Positions 28,882-38,983 of a DNA stretch of 64,000 bases are shown in pieces. A program made the position numbers and the translations under genes. Where the stretch lies: contig JAJDCM010000367.1 of NCBI GenBank assembly GCA_029260825.1, positions 8,456 to 72,455 of the forward strand, given 5' to 3'. Under the pieces are notes generated by a model. The model made no database searches and had not been told where the DNA came from. It saw only the letters and a list, made by a program, of their open reading frames with translations. The DNA is from Planctomycetota bacterium. GTDB lineage: Bacteria > Planctomycetota > JACOTG01 > JAJDCM01. Numbering within the stretch: position 1 is the first letter of the stretch; each line of letters starts with the position of its first letter.

Positions 28882-31788
28882 TTATTCGATGCAAAGCACC
28901 ACCGCATTCGTCACGCTGAATGGGGTGCTCCCAAGACTTCCGCTGTCCTGAAGAAGTCCCTGTAGGGTCAACTTGATCGGGTTTGCAAGACCTTGAGGCC
29001 GGGTAACCGAGAAGGGTGCTCGAGCCGGAGAGGGATTCTCCGTCGCCCCGAAACAGACGATCGGAGGAGTTCCCGTGGATCGAAGGCAGAAAATGGGCTG
29101 GGGCGAAAACCCACTGTTGAGGGGAGTCGGCTTCGCAAAGCACCCGATCAATTCACCGTCCAGCGAGAGAGACGCAGACGGTGCATTCGAAAAGCCACCG
29201 GCCCAGGTCCACAGAACATACCGAGCGTTGGCCGCCGGCCCACTGGCACTTGCGTCCATCGATATCGTGAGAGGAGTACCCGTGCTCAGAGTGACCGTCC
29301 GCTGAGCTCCGCCAATACCACCATTGACCTGCAACACCCCTTGAGGCGTTCCCGACGCCCCCTCATTCACGTTTCCATCCACGCAATTGACGACGGTGAA
29401 CGCCAGAGCCTCAACCTTCCAGATCACAGGCGTGTTCGGCGGAGAAGTGATCGACGTTTCGAGGCCGTCCGTCGCGAAGGCATAGATCACGTGATCACCA
29501 TCTTCAAGAACCTCTGTTTGTCCCGTCCCCATGTCCCCCAATGGCGTTGCCAGGCTCCACTCGCCTCTCACAGTATCGACCTGATAATAGATCTGGGAGA
29601 TCGGGGGCGCGTTTGGCATGAACGTGCTGGTAGCCTGGAATGTGAATTCCGGCTGCCGTGTCACGGAGACATTCCCCGGAAGCGGAGAAATGGTGACATC
29701 AAACGGAACGAACGATTCTACCTGGGAGTCAATCACTGAAACACTATTGCTATTATTGTTCACCACGTAGACCCGTCCCGTGACCTGATTCACGGCAAAA
29801 CCCTGGGGGAGGCTACCGACTGACACGGATCGGGCACAAGAGTCTCCTCCGAAGATCGTCACTCCTCCATCGAAACGAGTCGCGACATAAACGTGGTTTG
29901 TGGCCGGATTGATGGCCAATTCGCTCGGGCTGTCTCCCACGCCGATAAAAGAACTCTGGTTGAAATCTTCGCTCACCACACAGACCTCGTCCTGACCGGG
30001 CAAAGCAACATAGACGGTTCCCGTACAAGGACTCACAACCACTCCTGCCGTTTGAGAATTGAGGGGGAAAGTATCTTCGATCAAATTCGAATCGCCGTTG
30101 ATCCGGGTCAGGGACTCGGAGATTGAACCGGCCACAAAGACCTTGTTGCTAGCCGGACTGATCGCGATCCCCGAGGGAAAGACCCCGACCGAAGAGACCG
30201 TTTGAACAATGTTCTTTCGGTCGTCGATCACCGTCACGTTGTTGCTGTCCTGGTTAAGAACATAGATCTTGTTCGTAGCCTGGTTGATCTCAATCGCGAT
30301 GGGATAGTCACCCACCGGTATGGTCGTCGTTGAATGATCCCGCCCGTCAATGACGGTGACCGAGTCATCATTTTGATTGGCTACGTAGGTCTTGTTCGTT
30401 ACGGAATTTACGGCAACAACTCTCGGGCAGTCTCCAACGAACACAGTCTCTGTCGAGTTGTCCGATCCGTCAATCACCGTCACAGAATTACCTTGATCAT
30501 TGGCGACATAGATCTTGTTGGTGACCTGATTGACTGCGACCGCAGTCGGTGTATCTCCAACGTTGATCGTGTCATCCACCGAGTTGAATCGGCCATCAAT
30601 GACGGTAACCGTGTCATCCAGAGCGTTTGTGACGTAGACAAGATTGGTCACCGGGTTCACGGCGGCTTGAGCTGGGAATCCACCGACAGCAACCGTTCTA
30701 TTCGAGTGCTCCGTCCCATCCAGAACAAGAACATCAAAGGCCATCGCGCAGAAGATTTCGTTCGTCACTGAATTGATTGCGAGACCACGGATTATTCCGG
30801 TATTCCTCCCCTCCATCGCCAAGCTGCTTCCATCCACGATCACCGAATTTGATGAACTATTAGCACCGAGAACAATCTCATTCGTGATTGTGTTCACTAC
30901 AAGCAGACCCATGTCTCCCACGGTGAGACTGGATCCCGAGTTATCCAACCCATCGATGATCCGCAACGTCCCCGCATTGGTGGTCAAATAGATCATATTT
31001 GTCACCGGATTGACTCCGATGGATCGAGGCCGGGCACCAATCAGAATTTCCTGCGTGGAGTTATTCGTGCCATCGATTGCGATCACGCTATCGCTTCCCT
31101 CGTTCATGACATAGATCTTGTTCGTCACCGGGTTCACTGCGAGCGCCGTCGGGCCGACTCCGACTGGCACGGTCTGGGTCGACTCATTGACACCATCGAT
31201 GACGGTGACGGTATTACTTCCGATGTTGACAACATAAGCTTTGTTCGAAACGGGGTTCACCGCAATCGCGATTGGGAACATCCCCGCGGCTACGTGAGTC
31301 ACTGAATGATCGTTCCCATCAATGACTGACACGGTATTGTCATCCGTGTTGCTGACGTAGATCTTGTTAGAAATCGAATTCACGGCAATGTGCCTTGCTT
31401 CCATGCCGACGTCAACCGTGGCGACAGCTGTCTCGCCGATCGTGTCGATAACAGTCACCTTGGCATCACTTCGAGAAACGGCGTAGAGAAAATTCGTCAC
31501 AGGATTCAGAGCCAAAACGCCGTTAGTCCGACCTGTAGATAGGCATCTTTGGGTCCTTGACTTCGAATCGAAAATGTCGATGACATCCGAGTCTTCGGTG
31601 GAAACATAGACCTGCCCCGTAACCACATTCACGACGACAGAATCTGGTGAATCGTTAGTATTGATCAAGGACTCGGCTCGAGCGACGGAAGTCGTCAAAA
31701 CGCTGGTCATGATCCAAAGAGCCATGGCGAATCCGCCGTGCAGCCCCATCTTGCCCGCACGGTTTCCGGGATCCTGAGTCATGTACAT
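28882..31788 (-). CDS. Secreted YVTN/YncE beta-propeller repeat protein with an unnamed C-terminal domain
   Basis: Many AVNPVTNKIYVxN...VTVIDG repeats; signal peptide ending ARA; GAGGAG RBS. Confidence 0.9.
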   Translation of the reverse strand: MYMTQDPGNRAGKMGLHGGFAMALWIMTSVLTTSVARAESLINTNDSPDSVVVNVVTGQVYVSTEDSDVIDIFDSKSRTQRCLSTGRTNGVLALNPVTNFLYAVSRSDAKVTVIDTIGETAVATVDVGMEARHIAVNSISNKIYVSNTDDNTVSVIDGNDHSVTHVAAGMFPIAIAVNPVSNKAYVVNIGSNTVTVIDGVNESTQTVPVGVGPTALAVNPVTNKIYVMNEGSDSVIAIDGTNNSTQEILIGARPRSIGVNPVTNMIYLTTNAGTLRIIDGLDNSGSSLTVGDMGLLVVNTITNEIVLGANSSSNSVIVDGSSLAMEGRNTGIIRGLAINSVTNEIFCAMAFDVLVLDGTEHSNRTVAVGGFPAQAAVNPVTNLVYVTNALDDTVTVIDGRFNSVDDTINVGDTPTAVAVNQVTNKIYVANDQGNSVTVIDGSDNSTETVFVGDCPRVVAVNSVTNKTYVANQNDDSVTVIDGRDHSTTTIPVGDYPIAIEINQATNKIYVLNQDSNNVTVIDDRKNIVQTVSSVGVFPSGIAISPASNKVFVAGSISESLTRINGDSNLIEDTFPLNSQTAGVVVSPCTGTVYVALPGQDEVCVVSEDFNQSSFIGVGDSPSELAINPATNHVYVATRFDGGVTIFGGDSCARSVSVGSLPQGFAVNQVTGRVYVVNNNSNSVSVIDSQVESFVPFDVTISPLPGNVSVTRQPEFTFQATSTFMPNAPPISQIYYQVDTVRGEWSLATPLGDMGTGQTEVLEDGDHVIYAFATDGLETSITSPPNTPVIWKVEALAFTVVNCVDGNVNEGASGTPQGVLQVNGGIGGAQRTVTLSTGTPLTISMDASASGPAANARYVLWTWAGGFSNAPSASLSLDGELIGCFAKPTPLNSGFSPQPIFCLRSTGTPPIVCFGATENPSPARAPFSVTRPQGLANPIKLTLQGLLQDSGSLGSTPFSVTNAVVLCIE

Positions 31789-32138
31789 GTGATCTCCTCT
31801 TTTGCGTCTGAGGCGAACAAGCCATATCGACCGGTTGTTCTTGTAGGTGATTCATTCCAAACAAAAGAGGCTGGCCCTTGTACCCGCCTTCTCCTTTTGC
31901 GCCAAGATTGTATCGAATATCTCGATCTGAAGGGGGGAATTCGGATGAATTCAGCCCGGAACCAGCGATCTAACAGGCTTCAAGAGCCTCCACGGATCAT
32001 CAAGGCGGCTCAGATTCTCCGCGTTGCCGAAGAAATCGTCCTGACGCGACAGGTCACTCGCCTGAAGGAAACCGATGAAGTAGAATGGCCGGGTTCACTG
32101 GCCCGGGCCAGCCTCGATGAGAATCAAGGATCAAATCC

Positions 32139-32330
32139 ATGGACAAAGATTCGAAGGAAAACCAGGTTGCCTCCGACTGGGAGGTCGCTCGCAAATTTGG
32201 AATCGATATGGCCGCAATCGAGTGCAACATGCGAAAGACCGTCGAGGAACGAATTCGGGATCACTCCAGGGCACTTTCCATGGCGGAAACCTTGAAGCGA
32301 GCTCTGGAGAGTGCACGTGGCAGATCTTGA
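32139..32330 (+). CDS. Small protein, putative partner/antitoxin of the nucleotidyltransferase
   Basis: GIDMAAIECNMRKTVEERI pattern; overlaps the start of the next gene. Confidence 0.6.
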   Translation: MDKDSKENQVASDWEVARKFGIDMAAIECNMRKTVEERIRDHSRALSMAETLKRALESARGRS

Positions 32331-32802
32331 GTCCCTTCTGGATCGGCTCCTTACGCATTCCGTTGATTTCGTGATCATCGGCGGATTCGCGGCGATGGCG
32401 CACGGATCCTCACTTCTCACCCAGGATCTTGATATCTGTCTCCCTTTCGAGAAGAGCAATCTTGGCAAATTGGCGGCGGCCATTCAGGATCTAGATCCCC
32501 GCCATCGGATGGCCCCCTCTCGCCCCCTTGTAAATCTCGTGCCGAAAGAACTCGCGACTTACCACAATCTCTACCTCGACACAAAATTTGGTCAGTTGGA
32601 CTGCCTCAGTCAAGTAGAAGGACTTGGTATTTACAAGGTCGTATTCCAGAAGAGCGTACCCATTTCACTGAAGGGGGGAACGTGTCGGATCCTGAGCCTC
32701 GATGCCTTGATTGAATCAAAGGAAGCTCTGGGGCGAGATCGCGATCGAGAAGCTGCTCTGCAGCTCCGAGCCATCAGAGAAAAGCGCTCCGAGGCGCCAT
32801 AG
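32317..32802 (+). CDS. Nucleotidyltransferase (Pol-beta superfamily)
   Basis: VIIGGFAAMAHG...TQDLDI, LIESKEALGRDRD; GGAG RBS before the GTG. Confidence 0.8.
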   Translation: MADLESLLDRLLTHSVDFVIIGGFAAMAHGSSLLTQDLDICLPFEKSNLGKLAAAIQDLDPRHRMAPSRPLVNLVPKELATYHNLYLDTKFGQLDCLSQVEGLGIYKVVFQKSVPISLKGGTCRILSLDALIESKEALGRDRDREAALQLRAIREKRSEAP

Positions 32803-32882
32803 AGGGTCAATCGAGCAAGATGTCGGACAACATCACCCGAGAACAAATTGCTTGCTTCCACCTGAAGACCAAGGAAAAAACC

Positions 32883-34115
32883 ATGACTGCATACCGAACT
32901 CTTGCCTTCCTCCTTTCAGTCGCTGGACTCTTACCGGGTACTCAAGCACAAGCGGAGGCCTCGGAAAACGACATCGTCATCGGTCACCGCAGAATCGTTC
33001 ATTCAAAGGTTCTTGGCGAAGATCGAAAGATCAACATTTACACCCCACAAAGCTACAACTCCGGTAACCACAACTACCCAATTCTCATCCTCCTCGATGG
33101 CGACGGTCATTTCCACCACGCGACCGGAATCATGGAGGTGCTGGCCAAAAACGGCGGCATTCCAGAAATGATCGTCATCGGTGTCACCAACACTCAGCGC
33201 ACCCGAGACCTCACACCCTACGCTAACGAAGGGGAGCCCGGTGGTGGCGCCAACAACTTTCTCCAGTTCCTGACCGATGAACTCACTCCCTGGATCGATA
33301 AAAACTACCGGACTCGCCCTCTCCGCTTTCTGGTAGGCCATTCTCTTGGTGGTCTCTTCGCCGTCCACACCCTAACCAAGAAACCAGACTTTTTTCGCGG
33401 CCTCATCGCAATCAGCCCGAGCATGCAGTGGGCAAAGCAACGCTCGACGAAAGAGTTCGAAACATGGCTTGAAACCAAGCCCAACGTTACGGCTTCCCTC
33501 TACATGACGGCTGGTAATGAAGGGATGGGCCTTCTCGGCGGAACCCTGAAAATATCCGGGTCCCTCAGCGAACATGCACCCGCCACTTTACAGTGGAAAT
33601 TCGATCACCACCCGCTTGAGACTCACAACTCGGTCGTGCATCGAAGCATTTACGATGGCATGGAGTTCATCTTCAAGGGCTGGAGAGTGAGCGATCCGCT
33701 CGCCATTTACGACGAGGGAGGGCTGGAAGCTGTGGCATCAAGCGTCGAGAAGTCTCGCGCTCCCTTCGGGTACGACTTCACGATCCCTCCCTCCACCATG
33801 TTCTTTCTCGTTGCGACCCTACTGATGCAAGATCGACACGATGAGGCCATCGCCATCTTCGTCGGACTCGACCCGGACCAGTACACTTTGCCCGGGTATT
33901 ACCTGAGCTATTTGTCCAAACAGGTGACGACCAAGGCTCCCGTCGCAGTGCAGAAGAAATTTCACCTTCACTGCCTCGAGATAGACCCTCACAACGAGCT
34001 GGCACGCACCAGCCTCCAGAAACTGGGAGTGGAGCCTCCTCCGCCACCCGCGAAAATGGGTGCCCCCATTGCTGCCCCTGATCCCACGACAAGCGAACCC
34101 TCAAACAAGAATTGA
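32883..34115 (+). CDS. Secreted alpha/beta hydrolase (IroE-like esterase)
   Basis: YPILILLDG, RTRDLTP, GHSLGG, ETHNS. Confidence 0.88.
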   Translation: MTAYRTLAFLLSVAGLLPGTQAQAEASENDIVIGHRRIVHSKVLGEDRKINIYTPQSYNSGNHNYPILILLDGDGHFHHATGIMEVLAKNGGIPEMIVIGVTNTQRTRDLTPYANEGEPGGGANNFLQFLTDELTPWIDKNYRTRPLRFLVGHSLGGLFAVHTLTKKPDFFRGLIAISPSMQWAKQRSTKEFETWLETKPNVTASLYMTAGNEGMGLLGGTLKISGSLSEHAPATLQWKFDHHPLETHNSVVHRSIYDGMEFIFKGWRVSDPLAIYDEGGLEAVASSVEKSRAPFGYDFTIPPSTMFFLVATLLMQDRHDEAIAIFVGLDPDQYTLPGYYLSYLSKQVTTKAPVAVQKKFHLHCLEIDPHNELARTSLQKLGVEPPPPPAKMGAPIAAPDPTTSEPSNKN

Positions 34116-34178
34116 GTTGGCCTCAAATTCCAGAGGAATTAGGATGGGAGCGTCATTTGGTTCCATCCGGAGAGGCTC

Positions 34179-35891
34179 ATGCTTTCACGCCGCGACTTTC
34201 TTACTGGCGGCCTCAGCGCCGTTGCAATCGGACTCCTAGCTCGACTTGGCCTGGGACAGGGCCCGCTCCAAACACTCCCCCCGATCCGGGATTCGCTTCC
34301 AGGGTCCGGTCCATTCGCTCGCCTCCCGGCTCTTCCTCCGTCGATCGACATCGACGGTCTCCCGTTTCTCGCTGACTTCACTGGCGATGGGTTCCCCAAC
34401 AGCTCCATCCCCTTTCATTCGTGCGAGAGCTGCTCCGAACTTCCCGAGCCCACCGAAACCACCCGAGTTGCAATTGTTGGCGGAGGAATCTCGGGCCTTG
34501 CCACCGGCTACCTCCTTCGAGGATATAATCCTTTACTCTTCGAACTTCATCCACGATTTGGAGGCAACGCCCAGGGCGAGATCTGGCAAGAAACACCCTT
34601 TTCTCTTGGAAATGCCTACTTCATCACGCCGGATCCTGGCACATTTCTTGAACAATTCTACACAGGTCTTGGCCTGGACAAAGTTGTCCGCGTTCAAACA
34701 GGTGAGGATCTCTATGAGCTCGGGGGCACTCTTGTCTCCGATTTCTTCGAGACAAAAGACCGCAGCCCGGAAGACCAGCTCGCGTTCACGCGATATCGAG
34801 AGCTCGTACTCCGGATGGCCAATGAAGAATACCCCGAAATTCCATTGCCGAAAGGGCAAGACAACCGGGCAATCCTGAACCTGGACCGAAAGAGCTTGAA
34901 ACAGCATATTCAAGAACAGCTGGGCGTCCCGATTCCAACCCATCTTGCCTCGGCGATCCAGGGCTATTGCTATTCTTCGTTTGCAGCCGGCTGGGAAGAA
35001 ATCTCCGCCGCTTCCGGATGGAACTTCCTCGCTGCAGAAGAATTCGGCCGATGGGTTCTTCCCGGTGGAACAGCATACCTGGCCGACGCAATGTGGAATC
35101 AACTGGCCCGACTTGAAAAACCAGTACGAGACGCAAGACATCAACGCCGCCCAAGCTGTCTACGCGGCGGAAGCCGAGTCGTCGATGTCCGGCTCACCCA
35201 AGACAAAGTGCGGGTGACATATCGAGACGCCTCAGGAAGCTATCATGGACTGATCGCCGACAATGTGGTTGTCTGCTGCCCAAAGCACATCTGCAAGTAC
35301 ATTCTCCACGACCTTGAATCCATTGACCCGGAAAAGAGGGCGGCTTTCGACCAGCTTCATCAACGGGCCTACGTGGTAGTCAATGTCCTTCTCGATTCCC
35401 CGGTTGAACTGGATTTCTACGACGCATTCCTTCTCGGAGACGGAAGCCTTCCCACCAACCAAGACGAAGCACTCGCCCAATCTCGGGTCACCGATATGCT
35501 AAGTGGTCATTACAACCGGGGACCGAAAACACGCCACAGCGTACTGACCCTCTACTGGCCTCTCCCCTTCGCGTTCGGCAGGGCGACGCTGATCGAGACT
35601 GGATCTCACACGACCTATGCGGAAAGACTTGTTCCCCAGGTTCGATCCATGCTCAAGCTCCTCGACATTGACCCCAAGAAAGTGGTGCAGATTCGCATGT
35701 CTCGCTGGGGACACGCCATGCCGGTAGCGAGTCCCGACCTCATCGCGAATGGAACCGTCGACAAGCTCCGACGCTCCATCGACGATCGGATCCACTTCGT
35801 CAATCAAGACAACTGGGCCCTTCCGGCCGTCGAGAATTGCCTCCTCGATGCCAAGTCCGTCACCGATTTGATCCGCGCAAAACTCGGCTAG
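34179..35891 (+). CDS. Tat-exported FAD-dependent oxidoreductase (amine oxidase-like)
   Basis: SRRDFL; AIVGGGISGL; RWGHAM. Confidence 0.82.
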   Translation: MLSRRDFLTGGLSAVAIGLLARLGLGQGPLQTLPPIRDSLPGSGPFARLPALPPSIDIDGLPFLADFTGDGFPNSSIPFHSCESCSELPEPTETTRVAIVGGGISGLATGYLLRGYNPLLFELHPRFGGNAQGEIWQETPFSLGNAYFITPDPGTFLEQFYTGLGLDKVVRVQTGEDLYELGGTLVSDFFETKDRSPEDQLAFTRYRELVLRMANEEYPEIPLPKGQDNRAILNLDRKSLKQHIQEQLGVPIPTHLASAIQGYCYSSFAAGWEEISAASGWNFLAAEEFGRWVLPGGTAYLADAMWNQLARLEKPVRDARHQRRPSCLRGGSRVVDVRLTQDKVRVTYRDASGSYHGLIADNVVVCCPKHICKYILHDLESIDPEKRAAFDQLHQRAYVVVNVLLDSPVELDFYDAFLLGDGSLPTNQDEALAQSRVTDMLSGHYNRGPKTRHSVLTLYWPLPFAFGRATLIETGSHTTYAERLVPQVRSMLKLLDIDPKKVVQIRMSRWGHAMPVASPDLIANGTVDKLRRSIDDRIHFVNQDNWALPAVENCLLDAKSVTDLIRAKLG

Positions 35892-35923
35892 TCCGGAAAA
35901 TGGAGCCTGAGGCGCCAGTGGCT

Positions 35924-37384
35924 TCATGGCTTTTCCTGAGAACTGCTCGGAGCGGAATCCGACGACTCGAGGCCATGCCGATAAACATGAACATCCCTCT
36001 GTGGAAATGGAATGGAAACACCCTGTCGATCGAACTCTTCCTTCACCTTTCGAGTCACGTCCCAGTAGACGTCCCAATAGTCCTCAGTCTTGACCCATGG
36101 GCGACAGATGAAGTTGACGGAAGAATCGGCCAGTTCGTGAACCCGAACATTTGGCGCCGGATCTTTCAAGACGGCAGGGTGTTCCGCGAGGATACCCTCC
36201 ATGATCGAATGCGCCTTTTCAATGTCGTCGTCGTAGCCGATGCCGAACACGAGGTCGACGCGGCGCTGGTGACTACCCGTGACATTCGTAATCACGCCTC
36301 CCCAGACCGCGTTGTTGGGAACGACCAACACCTTGTTGTCCAGAGTTTGGATTCTCGTGGACACAAGGTTCAACGAAGACACCTTGCCGGAAACGCCCGC
36401 GACGTCGATCAAATCACCGACATCAAAGGGTCGGTAGACCAGGATCATGATACCGCTGGCAAAGTTGCCAAGGCTCTCCTGCAATGCAAACGCAACGACA
36501 AAACCCGCTGCGCCGACCAAGGCAAGTAGCGGGCCGATGTCCACGCCAAGCGCCGAGATCGCCACAACCAGCCCCATGAGAAAGACGACCCTTCCCGAAA
36601 TCTTCTCGACAAAATCCCCCATCAAGCTCGTGACTCTTCGTGACTTCCTAACTGCCCGGGAAACCACCTTGCGGATAGCGACAGACAGAACCAAGAAAAT
36701 GGCGAAGATCACGATGCTCTTCAACACATTCAATCCCCAGTGAATCCCTCCCTCCGGAGATTTGAGCCAACCGTACAGAGCTGTTCTCGTGGCGCTGACA
36801 TCCGTGAGATCGACGTGCAACTCGGACACCGCATCCAGATAGACCTGCCGGGATGCGGCCTCCCCTCCCTTGGTTTCAAGGGCCGCCAGCACAGCAGCCG
36901 CACGCTGCACAAGGGCGGCACGCTGGCTTCTGAGCAGATTGAGTTCCTCAAGGAGAGTCGTCCTCTGACGTGACAGTTCTTCGGCTTCCCCGCCATCGGG
37001 TAGGAGCGAAGCTTCTTCGAGCACGTTTTCCATCCCCTCGAGCTTCTTTGCCCCATCTCGAATCGGCGGCTCTTTTACTGCTTGTGTCTCGGTAGTCACC
37101 GGGGCTTGTTGCTCAAGCTGCTTCTTGAGCAACAGGATGGCAATATTCGCCTCCGCGATCTCCTCGACTTTCTCCTGCACCAAGGCACACCAGGCGTCAG
37201 CCTCAACCTCAAGCTGATCTTTGTTCAGGGGAAAGATGAGCCAACTAAGCTCTTCCAACGAGACGGTCGGAACCGAAGTCGTCCTTGGCTTTGCTTCTAC
37301 CTTCTCGTCAGCTTTTGCTACGGACCCCTGTAGGCACAAAATGCTGACCAGAAACAGGATCAGACAGAGCAGGTGAGTTCGCAC
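35924..37384 (-). CDS. MscS family mechanosensitive channel with N-terminal extracytoplasmic extension
   Basis: FALQESLGNFASG...RPFDVGD, VPNN, SIPFPQ. The start is uncertain (frame open to 37576). Confidence 0.9.
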   Translation of the reverse strand: MRTHLLCLILFLVSILCLQGSVAKADEKVEAKPRTTSVPTVSLEELSWLIFPLNKDQLEVEADAWCALVQEKVEEIAEANIAILLLKKQLEQQAPVTTETQAVKEPPIRDGAKKLEGMENVLEEASLLPDGGEAEELSRQRTTLLEELNLLRSQRAALVQRAAAVLAALETKGGEAASRQVYLDAVSELHVDLTDVSATRTALYGWLKSPEGGIHWGLNVLKSIVIFAIFLVLSVAIRKVVSRAVRKSRRVTSLMGDFVEKISGRVVFLMGLVVAISALGVDIGPLLALVGAAGFVVAFALQESLGNFASGIMILVYRPFDVGDLIDVAGVSGKVSSLNLVSTRIQTLDNKVLVVPNNAVWGGVITNVTGSHQRRVDLVFGIGYDDDIEKAHSIMEGILAEHPAVLKDPAPNVRVHELADSSVNFICRPWVKTEDYWDVYWDVTRKVKEEFDRQGVSIPFPQRDVHVYRHGLESSDSAPSSSQEKP

Positions 37385-37681
37385 CCTATGAACTCTCGCT
37401 GGTGAGGCTCCCGTGAGTCGTGATCTCCGATACAACGAAAAGTAATGAGACCGGTCGGTTACCAGCTCTGAATTCAAACCGGACCGATCCGACCTGACCG
37501 ACAGAAAGGATCCCAAAGAAGAAGGGCCAAAGTTCACTTCATTTTCCTCGCTTTTCACGGCTTTTTCTCTCAACAAGATCCCCTCACCCGATGTTAGGAT
37601 CGGCCCCCAAATAATCGTGACTCATCAGGACAACGTGAGGTCGCAACACTTGCGATCCTCTCTTCTTGCAAAGGAACTCAC

Positions 37682-38728
37682 ATGCCCCGTGGTGTCTTGC
37701 CTCCGCTCCCTCTCTGGTTGTTCTGCACTTTTCTTCTTGCCTCGCCTGGAGCAGCAGATGAAGTGACTGTCAAGGGCGTTGTGCTTCGAGGCAGCATTAT
37801 CGAGGTAACAGCGGAGAGCATCGTCTTCGAAACCGAGTATGGTGAGGGCTCGATCACAATCCCGTTTGATACCATCGATGCGCTCGTGACGGAAGGCTCT
37901 TTCTTGATTCTTTACGGTGACGACGGCGAGATCTCAGGGAGGCTCCTTGGAGTAAGAGAAGGGAGGCTATTGGTCGGAACGGAGCCCATCAACCTTGACA
38001 CCATTGTCAGAGGATCGTCCGACACGGACCTATCCGGCTACGATCGATTCAGGAATGATTTCCGGCACTGGCATGCAGAGCTAAGCCTCGGAATCGGCTA
38101 CAAAGCCTCCACCACCGATGAGGTTGACGTCGCCGTCGGCTTTCGGGTCGAGCGAATCAAAAACCCCGCTCGCCTCCTGGCGGAAATCAATTGGATCTAT
38201 GAAAATGAAAAGAAAAACAACCAGGATCGAAGTACGACAGACAACGAGATCCGGGGGCTAGTCAAAGCCGAGCACCGCTTCAGCGAACGGTGGTTCGGCT
38301 ACACATCCCACGACGGCGAGTATGATGAGCTGGACAATCTGAGCCTGCGCTACGTTGGCAAGGTTGGCCCGGGCTACTGGCTCTTGAAAAATGATGACTA
38401 TTACTGGCAAATCGAATCCGGAATTGGCTATGCCTATGATCGTTTTTTCGGTGGAGACCGGGAAGAGTTTGCCGCCCTGCCGATCGGCACCGAAGCCATG
38501 GTAAAACTTCCCGGGGGAGCAACATTTCGAGCTCGAGCCGACTACTTACCCTCGCTACAAGACTGGACAGGTGACTATCTACTGCGAGCAGACGCCTCCC
38601 TCACCGTCCCCATCGACAAGAGCCTCTCCCTCAAAGCTTCCATCCTCGAGACCTATGACAGCACCCCTGACCCGGGCTCCGAAAAGAATGAACTGAAGTT
38701 TCTGTTCGGCCTGGCATTGCACTTCTAA
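37682..38728 (+). CDS. DUF481/YdiY family outer-membrane beta-barrel
   Basis: Signal peptide, amphipathic strands, GPGY, C-terminal Phe. Confidence 0.75.
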   Translation: MPRGVLPPLPLWLFCTFLLASPGAADEVTVKGVVLRGSIIEVTAESIVFETEYGEGSITIPFDTIDALVTEGSFLILYGDDGEISGRLLGVREGRLLVGTEPINLDTIVRGSSDTDLSGYDRFRNDFRHWHAELSLGIGYKASTTDEVDVAVGFRVERIKNPARLLAEINWIYENEKKNNQDRSTTDNEIRGLVKAEHRFSERWFGYTSHDGEYDELDNLSLRYVGKVGPGYWLLKNDDYYWQIESGIGYAYDRFFGGDREEFAALPIGTEAMVKLPGGATFRARADYLPSLQDWTGDYLLRADASLTVPIDKSLSLKASILETYDSTPDPGSEKNELKFLFGLALHF

Positions 38729-38749
38729 CCAGTTCACCACGAGAACCGC

Positions 38750-38793
38750 CTAGCCCGGATGAATCATGAGTTTGAGCGAGAATCATCCGGGCC
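38750..38793. repeat. Degenerate MITE-end relic / hairpin
   Basis: CTAGCCCGGATGAATCATGAGTTTGAGCGAGAATC resembles the MITE end at 6531; stem GCCCGGATGA/TCATCCGGGC lies between convergent genes. Confidence 0.6.
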
Positions 38794-38910
38794 TTGTGCC
38801 TGCTTCCGTTTCCACTCGTCCGTGAGCAGACCCTCGAAACCCCAGTTCTCCTCCTCGATCTCCTGGATGACCACGTGGATATGCTGAGGCTTCTTCGCAA
38901 GTTCGCGAGC
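38764..38910 (-). pseudogene. 4-oxalocrotonate tautomerase family, C-terminal fragment
   Basis: KKPQHIHVVIQEIEEENWGFEGLLTDEW; the N-terminal Pro1 half is absent. Confidence 0.65.
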
Positions 38911-38983
38911 TCCGCAAGGAAAATCAAGCAGACGATCGACCTCAAGGAAGAGGTGATCTCGAGGCGCTTGCGAAAGGCCCGAC

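Noticed and set aside
29700-31650. CRISPR or tandem DNA repeat
   Set aside because: The periodicity comes from degenerate YVTN protein repeats, not identical DNA repeats with spacers.
31738-32295. 185-aa ORF upstream of the nucleotidyltransferase
   Set aside because: It overlaps better-supported genes at both ends and has no recognisable features.
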